A stretch of 64,000 nt of DNA from an uncultured Bacteroidales bacterium (GTDB taxonomy: Bacteria > Bacteroidota > Bacteroidia > Bacteroidales > Paludibacteraceae), in the NCBI GenBank assembly GCA_946403315.1, contig CAMIZK010000001.1:1588-65587 (forward strand). Reading direction: 5' to 3'. Below the pieces are notes generated by a model. The model saw only the letters and a list, made by a program, of their open reading frames with translations, had not been told where the DNA came from and did no database searches. The number at the start of each line of letters is the position of its first letter. Position 1 is the first letter of the stretch. A program made the position numbers and the translations under genes. Positions 18,688 through 28,335 of this stretch are shown one piece after another.

Positions 18688-19532
18688 ACGGTATCCATGA
18701 AGGATTTTTGAACTTTGTTAAACAACATCAATCCGAAGACAAGGAGGATAAAGGTGCAGAACACACTGTATCCGAGCCAAAGCCAGGAGAACTGTCCTTG
18801 TCCCAAAAGCGAATATCGGATGGCCTCCACCACAGGGGTGACAGGATTGAGATACATGAGCAGATGCAGTTTTGGATTCGTCACCATGCTCATCGGGTAG
18901 ATAATCGGTGTGATATATACCCAAAGAGAGATGATCTTGGCTAACATGATCTGCAAGTCACGGTACTTGGTAGTCAGCGAAGAGAAGATCATGCCGAATC
19001 CGACTGCCATGAACGCCAATATCGCTACCAGCAACGGGAAAAGCACGATCTGCCAATGAATGAACAGTTCCGTTCCCGTAGCGGCATAGTAAATATAGAA
19101 CGCTGTGAAAATCGCCAATTGGATAGCGAAGGATAACAAGTTCGTGGTCACTGCCACCAAAGGCATGATGATACGTGGAAAATAGACTTTTCCGAAGATA
19201 TCGGCATTGGACACAAACGAGTTGGACGTTGCGCTGACACAACTGGCAAAATATCCCCACACCGATATTCCCAAGAGGTAGAACAAGATCGGCGGAACAC
19301 CGTCCGTCTCGATACCGGCTATACCTCCAAACACCGCCACATAGACGATCACCGACAAAATCGGTGTGATCAAGAACCACAAGGGTCCCAGGATAGTCTG
19401 CTTGTATGCTACACGGAAGGCACGGAGAACGAAAAGGATGAACATGTCGCGGTAGCGCCAAATCTCCTTCCAGTCCACGGCCAGCAGTTTATCCTTCGGT
19501 GTAATTGTCAAATCCCACTTCTGCTCACTCAT
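18684..19532 (-). CDS. ABC-2 type transporter permease (paralogue)
   Basis: It has the same architecture (WKEIWRYRDMFILFVLRAFRVAYKQTILGPLWF). It overlaps the MMPL gene by 8 nt. Confidence 0.75.
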   Translation of the reverse strand: MSEQKWDLTITPKDKLLAVDWKEIWRYRDMFILFVLRAFRVAYKQTILGPLWFLITPILSVIVYVAVFGGIAGIETDGVPPILFYLLGISVWGYFASCVSATSNSFVSNADIFGKVYFPRIIMPLVAVTTNLLSFAIQLAIFTAFYIYYAATGTELFIHWQIVLFPLLVAILAFMAVGFGMIFSSLTTKYRDLQIMLAKIISLWVYITPIIYPMSMVTNPKLHLLMYLNPVTPVVEAIRYSLLGQGQFSWLWLGYSVFCTFILLVFGLMLFNKVQKSFMDTV

Positions 19533-22500
19533 GTTTCTTCTCCTTTATATGACGCAAGATCGTCGGTTCTTCCGTGAACCGGTTTTTCTTACCATACACC
19601 ACCCATTTATCCAAAGCTACCAGGACCGCAGGCACAACGGTGAGGGTTAAAACCACCGCCATGAATGCACCGACAGCCAGACAGCCGACAATATTACGAA
19701 TCATCAGATCATCGACGCACAATGCCATCACACCGGGACCGATCACCATGATAAGGCCGGAGGTGAGGATGGTTCGAATCGATCCTCTGTATGCGGCACA
19801 AACAGCTGCTACAGGCAGCATGGTCTTACGACTTTCCCGATAGTAGTTCGCAAAGAGGATGCCGTAGTCGATAGATGCACCCATGAGAATAGCCTGTACG
19901 ATGAGGTACGCCAGATAAAGCATCTGCCCCGATAGGAAACCGGCCACCACTACATTGACATACACCGCTGTCATCACAGCAACGATCAATATCGTCGGCA
20001 CAATAACCGAACGGAAAGTCAATGCCACGATGAGGAAGATCGCCAGAATGGTCAGTAGCGTCACCTTACGGGTCTCCGCACCAAAGCCGTTCTTCATCTC
20101 ATGGTACATCACGGAACGGCCGATGATATAATGATCACCCTGTATATGCGCATCCGTCAGCGCAAACAGCGTATCTACAAACGCATAGGTCTCAGGAGAC
20201 TCAGCCGGCAAGGAGGAAAGCACCACAAAGAGGGAGAATTTCTTACCTCGCAACTGCCCCAGACCACTCTGTATCTGCTCCTTGATCATCGGAACACCCA
20301 TCACTAATGCCGGCGGTAACATCTCCTCCAAGCGTTCATCATAGATGAGTGTATCGCAGAGGTACATCAAGAGATCTTCAAATCCCACACGCATGGTATC
20401 ACATTGGCTGTGAACGGCTCCATGAAAATCATACAGCAGGGACATCTGTTCCGGTGTGATAGGATCGGAATAAACCTCCGACAGTTTCATGAGTCTATTC
20501 AGTTTAGCCGACATCTGTTCCGGCGTGTACTCTTTTCCACCAAAAGCCAATTCCATGAACAACTGCGCCTGCCGGTCTTCTCTGGTCATGCGTTTCTTCA
20601 CTACTACCTCCTTCGGCTTCTCCGGCATGGATGCCGCAGCACGAGTGGTATCGGTACTATGCAAGGAGCGCTGCAGTTCAGCAATGGTCTGCAGCAATGC
20701 CTCGGTGTTGATATCGGCAGGCGAAGCCACCTTGGGTTCTTCCTTCTTCGGCGGATTGGCAATAGTCCATACTTCCTCATCCGACAAGTCGGTAATACCG
20801 AATGCCTGAATAAGGATATTCATATCCGAAGGTGTCAAAGACGCATTGGCATCCGCCAGATCCATAAGATATGCGCGCTGCTGCAACAAGCGTTTCTGTT
20901 CCTCGCTTACCATTCCGGCTAAAGCAGGGCGCTTGAACAGGTCGTCTTTCAACAGATGCACATACTCTAACGGTGTCAGTTTACGCTTTCCTTTAGGCGC
21001 ATAGCCGTACACGAACTTCGTCTGCCAGGAGGTGGATCCCATGAACAGAGACATTTCGCTGACCGACATCGGCACACGGATAGCCGTTGTGTCCGTCAGT
21101 TTATGCATCTCCACTGCTACCGCCGAAGGTTTTTCCGCCTTCAGATGTTCAAAGAATGGAACAACCGCTACCTTATCAATCTCCACACGCGGTGCCAGCG
21201 AGTCATTTGTGACAGCAAGCGGAGCCGGAGTGACCATGATAGGAGCAATCGTTTCACGCGGTAAAACCACCGTATCTTCAATCGGCTCCGGTTTAACAGC
21301 AACGACCGGCGCCGGTTCGGGTTCTTCCGGGATTGCCGGAGTCTGATCCAACATCGATTGCAGGCGCTCTATCTGCTCCGTCATCTCATCGTCCAGATAG
21401 GAGGCAAACAACGGATTATTAACCACATGCGAATGCAGGAAATGCGCCAACTCAGGGAAACTCATCTTCGTAGGAATCGAATCCTTGGAGCGCAAATAAT
21501 AGACGATACGTACCATTTCCGGCGTGATCATATCGACCATTTCAGGAGGTATGGCCATACCTTCGGGTAGCATCTCCTTGAAATCCGTCATCAAGGTGCG
21601 GGCATGGGATGCCATCTGGGCAGGTGTCAGTTTCTGACTCATCAAAGTCGGATAACTAACTACCGTCTGCACACCCTGTTTATCCAATACCGCATCGGCC
21701 AAGCTGTATATCGAATTTTCTTCCTCCGTGCGATAGAGCACCACAAACGGATTCGGCGACGGGAATACTTTTTCTATCTCCGACTCTGCTTTTTCCGAGA
21801 AGAAGATGGTAGTCTGTTGCGAGAAATACCATCCTGCGACAGCCAGCAGGATAGCGCCGGCAGCCATCGGCAGTTTATGTGCCGCCACAAAACGGGCAAA
21901 TTTATCCGTAGGAGGTACGTAGGCCGGTTTAGCGGTTTTATTGATCGTACGGCGGAACAACATCATCAGCGAAGGCATGACGGTGAATGTACAGATCAGC
22001 GAGAAGACCACTCCCTTCGCCAATACCACTCCCATGTCGGCACCTATCTTTAGGCGCATAAAGCACAACATAAGCAAACCGACAACGGTGGTAAAAGCGG
22101 AAGATAAGATCGAAGGTGCGGCACGACGGATGGCATTATTGGCTGCAATCACGGCCGTACTACGATCCATGCGGTCATTCTGTTCCTGTCTGTATCGATT
22201 CAGCAGCACGATGCAATAGTCCAAGGACAAGACGGCTTGCAGGATAGGTCCGATAAAGTTTGTCGTCATGGACACGGAGGGCAATAATGCATTCGTGCCC
22301 ACATTGAGGAGGATGGCAATTCCGGCGGTCAATAGAATCACGATAGGTTCAAACCAGCTCTGCGCCATAACAAAGAGCACAAGCATGATCATGACACCCG
22401 CTATGATCATCACCGATAACGGAGGGGTAGCACCGTCTTGACTGGTCTCCACGATACAGTTTCCTCCAAATCGGTTACTGATCTGCGAACCCAAAGACTT

Positions 22501-22848
22501 CTGGTTTACATGATTCGGAACATCCAGGTCAAACACCGTAGCCGTGCTATCTTCCGAATATCGGAAAGTTACCCCATGTACATCGGGGTAGCCCGACAAC
22601 AATGTCTTGACTCCGGGAATCTCATTAGGCCGCAAGCCTTCGAACATCACATGGACGTTTGATCCGGAAAGTTGCGAAATAGATCCAAACTCCGCTTCCA
22701 GGGAGTCTTTTCCCATCGTCATCTGGGAGTCATCGGGCAGATACTTGCTCATGTCATTATTCACGTTAATACGGAATATCATAATGACACTAAGCACCGC
22801 TATCAGCAGTGTACCCAGAAATAGAATATAATGCGTTCTACGTCTCAA
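19525..22848 (-). CDS. MMPL/RND-superfamily membrane exporter with an enlarged central soluble region
   Basis: Two blocks of about 6 TM helices flank soluble domains. The TM stretches are SSD/MMPL-like (LDYCIVLLNRYRQE; GASIDYGILFANYYRE). The protein is 1107 aa. Confidence 0.7.
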   Translation of the reverse strand: MRRRTHYILFLGTLLIAVLSVIMIFRINVNNDMSKYLPDDSQMTMGKDSLEAEFGSISQLSGSNVHVMFEGLRPNEIPGVKTLLSGYPDVHGVTFRYSEDSTATVFDLDVPNHVNQKSLGSQISNRFGGNCIVETSQDGATPPLSVMIIAGVMIMLVLFVMAQSWFEPIVILLTAGIAILLNVGTNALLPSVSMTTNFIGPILQAVLSLDYCIVLLNRYRQEQNDRMDRSTAVIAANNAIRRAAPSILSSAFTTVVGLLMLCFMRLKIGADMGVVLAKGVVFSLICTFTVMPSLMMLFRRTINKTAKPAYVPPTDKFARFVAAHKLPMAAGAILLAVAGWYFSQQTTIFFSEKAESEIEKVFPSPNPFVVLYRTEEENSIYSLADAVLDKQGVQTVVSYPTLMSQKLTPAQMASHARTLMTDFKEMLPEGMAIPPEMVDMITPEMVRIVYYLRSKDSIPTKMSFPELAHFLHSHVVNNPLFASYLDDEMTEQIERLQSMLDQTPAIPEEPEPAPVVAVKPEPIEDTVVLPRETIAPIMVTPAPLAVTNDSLAPRVEIDKVAVVPFFEHLKAEKPSAVAVEMHKLTDTTAIRVPMSVSEMSLFMGSTSWQTKFVYGYAPKGKRKLTPLEYVHLLKDDLFKRPALAGMVSEEQKRLLQQRAYLMDLADANASLTPSDMNILIQAFGITDLSDEEVWTIANPPKKEEPKVASPADINTEALLQTIAELQRSLHSTDTTRAAASMPEKPKEVVVKKRMTREDRQAQLFMELAFGGKEYTPEQMSAKLNRLMKLSEVYSDPITPEQMSLLYDFHGAVHSQCDTMRVGFEDLLMYLCDTLIYDERLEEMLPPALVMGVPMIKEQIQSGLGQLRGKKFSLFVVLSSLPAESPETYAFVDTLFALTDAHIQGDHYIIGRSVMYHEMKNGFGAETRKVTLLTILAIFLIVALTFRSVIVPTILIVAVMTAVYVNVVVAGFLSGQMLYLAYLIVQAILMGASIDYGILFANYYRESRKTMLPVAAVCAAYRGSIRTILTSGLIMVIGPGVMALCVDDLMIRNIVGCLAVGAFMAVVLTLTVVPAVLVALDKWVVYGKKNRFTEEPTILRHIKEKKHE

Positions 22849-22868
22849 AATATTTGTCCGCTTTTTGT

Positions 22869-23846
22869 TTATTCAAACGCTCCCATGTGCAGCATAGCCA
22901 CCTCTTTGGGCGTAAGGAAACGCCATTTGCCGCGACCGACATTCTTCTTGGTTAAACCGGCAAAAGACACACGATCCAGGTTCACCACCTTATATCCCAC
23001 TTTCTCGAAGATACGACGGACAACACGGTTTTGTCCGGAATGGATCTCCAAACCGATGTGCTTACGATCGGTTTTGGGGAACTCCAATGCATCGGGAACG
23101 ATGCGCTCGTCATCCAGTACCACACCGGCACGTACAATCGCCTCATCCACTTCATCCAATTCGCGATCCAGCGTAACGGCATAGATCTTCTTCTTATGGA
23201 ATTTAGGATGGGTCAGTTTGGCTGCCAAATCGCCGTCATTGGTAAGCAGCAGCACACCGGTAGTATTACGGTCCAAACGACCTACCGGATAGATACGCTC
23301 AGCACAAGCATTACGTACAATATCAATCACCGTGTGACGCTCTTGCGGATCATCGGTGGTCGTAACGGTGTTCTTGGGTTTATTGAGCAGGATATATACC
23401 TTCCGTTCCCGACGAACCGGCTGGTCATGGAAACGGATATCATCCGTCGGCAGCACTTTGGCACCCAAGTTATCTACGGTCACACCATTCACAGTGATTA
23501 CACCTGCTTGGATAAAATCATCTGCTTCACGACGGGAACAGATACCGGCATTCGCCAGGTATTTATTCAAACGAACCGGCTTTGTCGGATCTTCCATTTT
23601 CTCCCGGTACACCTGTTGCTTGTGTGCCGAATAGAGATTATTGTTCCGTTTAGGTTTACCTCCGAACGGTTTGTTCGGGCGTTGAGGACGCTCCGTTGAT
23701 TCTCCGAATGAACGTTTCGGACGATCTGTAGAGGGATGTTCAGAAAAATCCCGTGTAAAACGCGGTCTGGGCGAAACGGGAGTTCCCTCTCTATGGAAAC
23801 GCGGACGAGGTCTGCGTTCTCCATCATTGTTCAAGTTGTTATACAT
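22869..23846 (-). CDS. rluB: Pseudouridine synthase, RsuA/RluB family, with a basic N-terminal extension
   Basis: The S4 domain (RLNKYLANAGICSRREADDFI) and catalytic motif (GRLDRNTTGVLLLTNDG) are present. The first 80 or so residues are Arg/Pro-rich. Confidence 0.8.
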   Translation of the reverse strand: MYNNLNNDGERRPRPRFHREGTPVSPRPRFTRDFSEHPSTDRPKRSFGESTERPQRPNKPFGGKPKRNNNLYSAHKQQVYREKMEDPTKPVRLNKYLANAGICSRREADDFIQAGVITVNGVTVDNLGAKVLPTDDIRFHDQPVRRERKVYILLNKPKNTVTTTDDPQERHTVIDIVRNACAERIYPVGRLDRNTTGVLLLTNDGDLAAKLTHPKFHKKKIYAVTLDRELDEVDEAIVRAGVVLDDERIVPDALEFPKTDRKHIGLEIHSGQNRVVRRIFEKVGYKVVNLDRVSFAGLTKKNVGRGKWRFLTPKEVAMLHMGAFE

Positions 23847-23900
23847 TCTTTTATTGCATTATGCGTATACTCACGTACGCGCGTTAATTATATAATGTGA

Positions 23901-23927
23901 AAAGGCAAAAGGCATTTTACGCCTTTC
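23901..23927 (-). terminator. Possible hairpin downstream of rpmF, fused to the heptamer array
   Basis: Sense strand: AAAGGC-gtaaaat-GCCTTT followed by tgcctttt. The stem is short and the T tract is weak. Confidence 0.3.
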
Positions 23928-23957
23928 ACCTTTCACTTTTCACTTTTCACCTTTCTC
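23923..23957. repeat. Intergenic heptamer array, (C/T)TTTCAC x5, abutting the rpmF stop codon
   Basis: ctttcac ctttcac ttttcac ttttcac ctttctc. The last unit contains the rpmF stop (complement of tca). Confidence 0.85.
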
Positions 23958-24138
23958 AGGCTTCAGCTTGCTCGATAGCCAATTTACCACGGTAGTAGCC
24001 GCAGGAAGGGCATACGGTGTGATAAATGTGCAGAGCGCCACAGTTCGGGCATGTTGCCAATGTAGGAGCTTTTACTACGTCATGGGTACGACGTTTCGCT
24101 TGTCTGGTGTGGCTTTGTCTTCTTTTAGGATGTGCCAT
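23956..24138 (-). CDS. rpmF: 50S ribosomal protein L32
   Basis: MAHPKRRQSHTRQAKRRTHD followed by a CPNCG...CPSCG zinc ribbon; 60 aa. Confidence 0.95.
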   Translation of the reverse strand: MAHPKRRQSHTRQAKRRTHDVVKAPTLATCPNCGALHIYHTVCPSCGYYRGKLAIEQAEA

Positions 24139-24151
24139 AATATTCTAATTT

Positions 24152-24179
24152 TTTGATTTCTGATTTGTAATTTGTTATT
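24152..24179. repeat. Intergenic AT-rich heptamer array, TnTnATT x4, between the DUF177 gene and rpmF
   Basis: tttgatt tctgatt tgtaatt tgttatt. Confidence 0.7.
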
Positions 24180-24181
24180 TA

Positions 24182-24637
24182 TCAATCATCAATCTCGGGA
24201 TCCAAATCGTCACATAGGTGATCATGGAGGAGAAGTTCCATCTGCTTATTGCACTCACCTTCTTGGTGACAGTGAACGATCGGAATATTGATACTTACTA
24301 TTTCATAGGCGAGCCAAGAGAGATCGAGACGTTGACTATTAGCTATTGGCTGTTGGCCTTCTTCGTCTTCGGAGAATATCTCTTGTTCGTCATTTATTTC
24401 AAGGGGCATCGGGTCGAGGCATCTATCACACACGACAAAGACAGTTCCATGAACCGCGATGTTGAGCTGATAGTCCTCCTCCCGGAGATTTAGCGTCGCT
24501 TTTGCTACCACCGTTCCACTTAGAATTTCCGACTTCTCTAAGGAAGCAAAGAACTCGTCATCTAACTGAATATCAAACTGATGCGTGCCTATAGGCAGAC
24601 GCGACAAGTCGATCATATAGTGGTCTTTCTCGCTCAT
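24182..24637 (-). CDS. YceD/DUF177 family protein
   Basis: It sits in the conserved position immediately upstream of rpmF. It is an acidic protein of about 150 aa with CDRCL and HC..EGEC motifs. I place the start at ATG 24637, downstream of the promoter. Confidence 0.7.
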   Translation of the reverse strand: MSEKDHYMIDLSRLPIGTHQFDIQLDDEFFASLEKSEILSGTVVAKATLNLREEDYQLNIAVHGTVFVVCDRCLDPMPLEINDEQEIFSEDEEGQQPIANSQRLDLSWLAYEIVSINIPIVHCHQEGECNKQMELLLHDHLCDDLDPEIDD

Positions 24638-24654
24638 AGACGCAAAATCGGGTG

Positions 24655-24687
24655 CAAAATTACAAAAAAAAAATGACATACGCAAAT
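24655..24687 (-). promoter_or_regulatory. Promoter of the DUF177-rpmF(-rluB...) operon
   Basis: Sense strand: TTTGCGTATGTCATTTTTTTTTTG-TAATTTTG, with 20-nt spacing. Confidence 0.8.
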
Positions 24688-24728
24688 TTATATATCATTT
24701 TTTTGCATTTTTCCTAATTTTAGGAATA

Positions 24729-26990
24729 TTACAGTTGTATCACAGTAAGTCCAGCTCCACCGTGATTCACGTCTCCATCTCCGAAATCGAGTGTACTCAT
24801 ACCCCGTTTGCGGCGTTGATGATTCAATGAAGACAGGTAATCTCGCGTCAGTTGTTTGAGTGCGCCGGTACCGGTACCGTGCAATATCGTCACTTCCCCT
24901 GCTCCCACCATCATCGCATCGTCCATATAAGCGATGAGGCGTTCCAACGCTTCGTCGGCACGCATACCACGTAAATCCAACGTACGTGAAAAAGACAAAG
25001 TACGCTGACGCACAATAGAGGTAGTGGACGAAGGTGCTGCAGGAACGGTGTTCTTGAGAATCTTTAGATCCTTAAAATCCTTGAGCCGTTGCGGCACACC
25101 CACCTGCTCTTTAAGCGCCTCCACTTTGGCCCGGGCCACTTTGGTCTTTTCCTTATCCGCCTTCGCTTCTTTGATCTCACGAATCGTGCGTTCAATGGTA
25201 GCATTGGATTGCTGTAACAGTTCTGCCGCCTGCTCACGTGCTTCCTCAAGAATCATTTTCTTCTGCTGCTTGACGCCTTTCAACTGCTCCTCGTACTGTG
25301 CCATGCGCTCCTCCAATACTTTCTCTTTTTGACGGATCGCCTGCCGTTTATTCTCCCAATAGCGCTTGTCGCGTGCGATGTCCTGCAGTTGTTTATCGTA
25401 GTCAATATGTTGCTCTCCGACGAGATCAGTAGCATATTGAATGATTTCCTCACCAAGTCCTATTTGCCTTGCAATTTCAATAGCAAACGAACTGCCGGCC
25501 TGTCCGATGGATAATTGGAAAAGCGGTTTCATCGCCCCCCGGTCATAAAGCATCGCACCATTCACCACTCCCGGAGTAATCTCCGCAAAATGTTTGAGGT
25601 TCGTATAGTGAGTGGTAATAACACCGAAGACGTGCCGGTTCACCAATTCACGCAGGATAGCTTCCGCAATAGCACCACCGATAAGCGGTTCGGTACCCGT
25701 TCCCATCTCGTCGATCAGCACCAAGGTATGGTCATCCGCCTGCCGCAAGAACGTACGCATGTTTCGCAAATGCGAGGAATAAGTGGACAACTCATCCTGT
25801 ATCGACTGCTCATCTCCGATGTCGATCATCAGCTGGTGAAACAATCCTGCCCTACTCTGCTCTGCCACAGGCACCAATAGTCCGCATTGAAGCATGTACT
25901 GCAGCAAAGCGACTGTTTTAAGGCACACCGACTTACCGCCGGCATTTGCACCGGAGATAACGAGCACATGGTTTTTATATGCATGGAGCCGTATGGACAA
26001 TGGAACAACCGTCTTTCCCTGCGGCGTATAATGCAGCCAAAGAACCGGATGACGGGCTTCCGACCATTCCAACATCGGTTCATTCACCAGTTCCGGTCGA
26101 ATCGCATGCAAGGTATCGGCCAAGGATACTTTCGCTGAAAGAAAATCCACCTGCGCTAACATTCGTTGCGAAGCAAGAATCTGCTCCGTTTGTGGGCGTA
26201 ACTGATCGGTCACGGCCTGCAAAATACGAATGCGTTCCCTTCGCTCAGCGCCTTCCAGTTCCCGAATATGATTGTTGGCATCCACCACTTGCTGCGGTTC
26301 GATATACACCGTTTTTCCGGTAGCTGACTCATCGTGTACGATGCCGCCTATCTTGCGTTTGAAACCGGGAGAGACCGGAATAACCAATCGTCCTTCACGC
26401 AAAGTAGGTGCCGCATCCGCATCCACAAATCCATCTGCTTTCGCTTGCCGCAAGATAGAAGCCAACGCACGCCCGACGGCACCCTGCTGATTCGCTATCT
26501 CCCGACGGATACGGTGCAATTCCGGAGATGCGTTATCCGCCAAACGGCCATAACGGTCAAGAATGCGATCGATCTCTTTCACTAAGTTTCCTAAGACTCT
26601 CAGGCTTCCTAAACCGCCCAGTTCTTTCAGTAGCGGATATTTCTTTTCATCTAATCCGGCGAAGAACTGTTCTAACTCCACCGCAAATGCCAGCGTATGC
26701 CTTAGATCATCCAGTTCCGCTTCATCCAGAAAAAGTCCTTCCACACGAATGCGTGCCACACATTCCCGAACATCGTTGATGTCCCCACGCGGAAAAGAAA
26801 GCATGGGATCAGCTTGCGCCAGACGCATTTGATCCGTCAATGAAAGGATACGTTGCACGGTTTCAAAATCCGTCTCCATGCGCATGGCATCCACCTGTTC
26901 ACGCCCCAACGGAGAAGCACAGCGACGCTGCAACTCTTCCCGAATAACCGAAAAGTCGATCTTTGATTCTATGTTGGAAGGATAATACAT
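24729..26990 (-). CDS. mutS2: Endonuclease MutS2 (MutS ATPase plus C-terminal Smr domain)
   Basis: Walker A (ISGANAGGKS), LIDEMGTGTEP, a coiled-coil linker, and a C-terminal Smr domain (LDLRGMRADEAL...ILHGTGTGALK) are present. Confidence 0.85.
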   Translation of the reverse strand: MYYPSNIESKIDFSVIREELQRRCASPLGREQVDAMRMETDFETVQRILSLTDQMRLAQADPMLSFPRGDINDVRECVARIRVEGLFLDEAELDDLRHTLAFAVELEQFFAGLDEKKYPLLKELGGLGSLRVLGNLVKEIDRILDRYGRLADNASPELHRIRREIANQQGAVGRALASILRQAKADGFVDADAAPTLREGRLVIPVSPGFKRKIGGIVHDESATGKTVYIEPQQVVDANNHIRELEGAERRERIRILQAVTDQLRPQTEQILASQRMLAQVDFLSAKVSLADTLHAIRPELVNEPMLEWSEARHPVLWLHYTPQGKTVVPLSIRLHAYKNHVLVISGANAGGKSVCLKTVALLQYMLQCGLLVPVAEQSRAGLFHQLMIDIGDEQSIQDELSTYSSHLRNMRTFLRQADDHTLVLIDEMGTGTEPLIGGAIAEAILRELVNRHVFGVITTHYTNLKHFAEITPGVVNGAMLYDRGAMKPLFQLSIGQAGSSFAIEIARQIGLGEEIIQYATDLVGEQHIDYDKQLQDIARDKRYWENKRQAIRQKEKVLEERMAQYEEQLKGVKQQKKMILEEAREQAAELLQQSNATIERTIREIKEAKADKEKTKVARAKVEALKEQVGVPQRLKDFKDLKILKNTVPAAPSSTTSIVRQRTLSFSRTLDLRGMRADEALERLIAYMDDAMMVGAGEVTILHGTGTGALKQLTRDYLSSLNHQRRKRGMSTLDFGDGDVNHGGAGLTVIQL

Positions 26991-27283
26991 CAGCCCAATA
27001 TTCTGCAGTCTTTGATAGCGGGTGCACCGACGGCTTCATTCAACTTTCGAACCAGTTCAAAGCGGTTTTCAAAGAGTTGCGCCTTGAGTGCCGCTGAGTT
27101 CACATGCACAATGAGCATGCCGTCTTTCACCTCGATACTTCGTGTTAGTTTGGAAATCGTTTCCCCCATCACCTGCGGCCATATTTCTTCGATCTGCACA
27201 TCAAGCACAGACTGTTCCAAACCGCTCTCACGGAGGTATTCCACAAGAGCGTCGGTGATGGAAAGGGTATTAGCGGGCGCCAT
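26990..27283 (-). CDS. DUF721-like small protein
   Basis: The 97-aa protein matches the size and pattern recalled for DUF721 (WPQVMGE...T....V.DG.L.V.V.S.A....L). Its gene is tightly packed between the glucosaminidase gene and mutS2. Confidence 0.5.
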   Translation of the reverse strand: MAPANTLSITDALVEYLRESGLEQSVLDVQIEEIWPQVMGETISKLTRSIEVKDGMLIVHVNSAALKAQLFENRFELVRKLNEAVGAPAIKDCRILG

Positions 27284-28310
27284 CGTCTTTCACTTTTTTG
27301 AGATACAGTTTCTGGCGGGTACGGAAGGTACGGATCGTCGGATCCAGACCATTCAGTTTCTGAATCGCTTCGATCATCACACATTCTTCCTGACTGAGTT
27401 TCCAAAGCGACTGGCCGGGAAACGTCATCACATACTCCTTAGTTCCCGTTGATTTCTTTGCAGCCAGATAGATTCGGTCCCCCGGCATCAGATCCCGTCC
27501 CAAAGCATCGTTATTCTCCCGCAGATCCCGTTCCCGTACATTCAGCCGGAAAGCCACATTCGCATAGGTATCCCCTTCACGAGCCGTAACATAACTCACT
27601 CCGTTGAATTTCTTTTTCGGATGTGCTAACAGAAAACTGTCACGTTCCTGACGAGCCGTCAAAGGCTCTTTAAATTCCGGTTCCGGATCGTTATGAATGA
27701 CCATGATCGGTTCGGTCTTATGAACCACCACCGCCTTGAGCGGTCGTTTCGGCTGTTCATACACTTGATGTACCTGCGCCTGAGGATCAAACATACCTAC
27801 CTCCGCCAGGGAAACCAAGGTATCCAAACGGTAGTCTTCAATAATCTTAATTAGTTTCGGTGCATAGTTCTTATCCGTTGCATAACCGCATTCTTTGAGC
27901 CGATATGCCCAGCCTTCGTAGTCTTCCGGTACAATCTCAAAACAGGTCTCATAACGAGGCCGCTGCAAGAATAGCGCATGGTCATTAAAGGACTCTGCCG
28001 CATTAGCGTACTGACGGAAACACTCGCCCTTCGAATCATCGTCATAATAATAGACCGCACCCATCCAGTCATTATTGCATTTAATGCCGAAATGGTTATT
28101 GGCATTAACCGCCAGTTCACTCTGTCCGGCACCGGACTCCAGCAAGGCTTGCGCCATGATGATAGAAGCCGGAATACCATAGGTGGCCTGGTTCTCGATA
28201 GCGGTATATTTCCATTGTTCGATATAATCGAGATACGCCTGGTTTTGCGCCATAAGACCCATCGAGCAGGTCCAACATAATGCTAAAAAGAGTATTTTTT
28301 TCATATTCAC
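27270..28310 (-). CDS. Secreted N-acetylglucosaminidase-domain protein with C-terminal LysM repeats
   Basis: It has a signal peptide, a glucosaminidase motif (IIMAQALLESGAGQSELAVNANNHFGIK), and two LysM-like segments (YVTAREGDTYANVAFRLNV; MTFPGQSLWKLSQ). Confidence 0.8.
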   Translation of the reverse strand: MNMKKILFLALCWTCSMGLMAQNQAYLDYIEQWKYTAIENQATYGIPASIIMAQALLESGAGQSELAVNANNHFGIKCNNDWMGAVYYYDDDSKGECFRQYANAAESFNDHALFLQRPRYETCFEIVPEDYEGWAYRLKECGYATDKNYAPKLIKIIEDYRLDTLVSLAEVGMFDPQAQVHQVYEQPKRPLKAVVVHKTEPIMVIHNDPEPEFKEPLTARQERDSFLLAHPKKKFNGVSYVTAREGDTYANVAFRLNVRERDLRENNDALGRDLMPGDRIYLAAKKSTGTKEYVMTFPGQSLWKLSQEECVMIEAIQKLNGLDPTIRTFRTRQKLYLKKVKDDGAR

Positions 28311-28335
28311 TTTTCAATTTCCACAAAAACGGGCA

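Noticed and set aside
24638-24685. Extensions MRMSFFFCNFAPDFAS (DUF177 gene) and MHMWDFFCNFAPAKSKQS (GT4 gene, 36858-36911), which look like a shared motif (FFCNFAP).
   Set aside because: Both are read-through of the promoter core ...GTAATTTTGC... on the coding strand, so this is a promoter artefact and not a protein motif.
24686-24728. The hairpin TTCCTAA-aa-TTAGGAA downstream of mutS2, considered as an intrinsic terminator.
   Set aside because: The loop is too tight and the stem is AT-rich. On the mutS2 sense strand it is followed by an A-run, not a U-tract. I did not call it.
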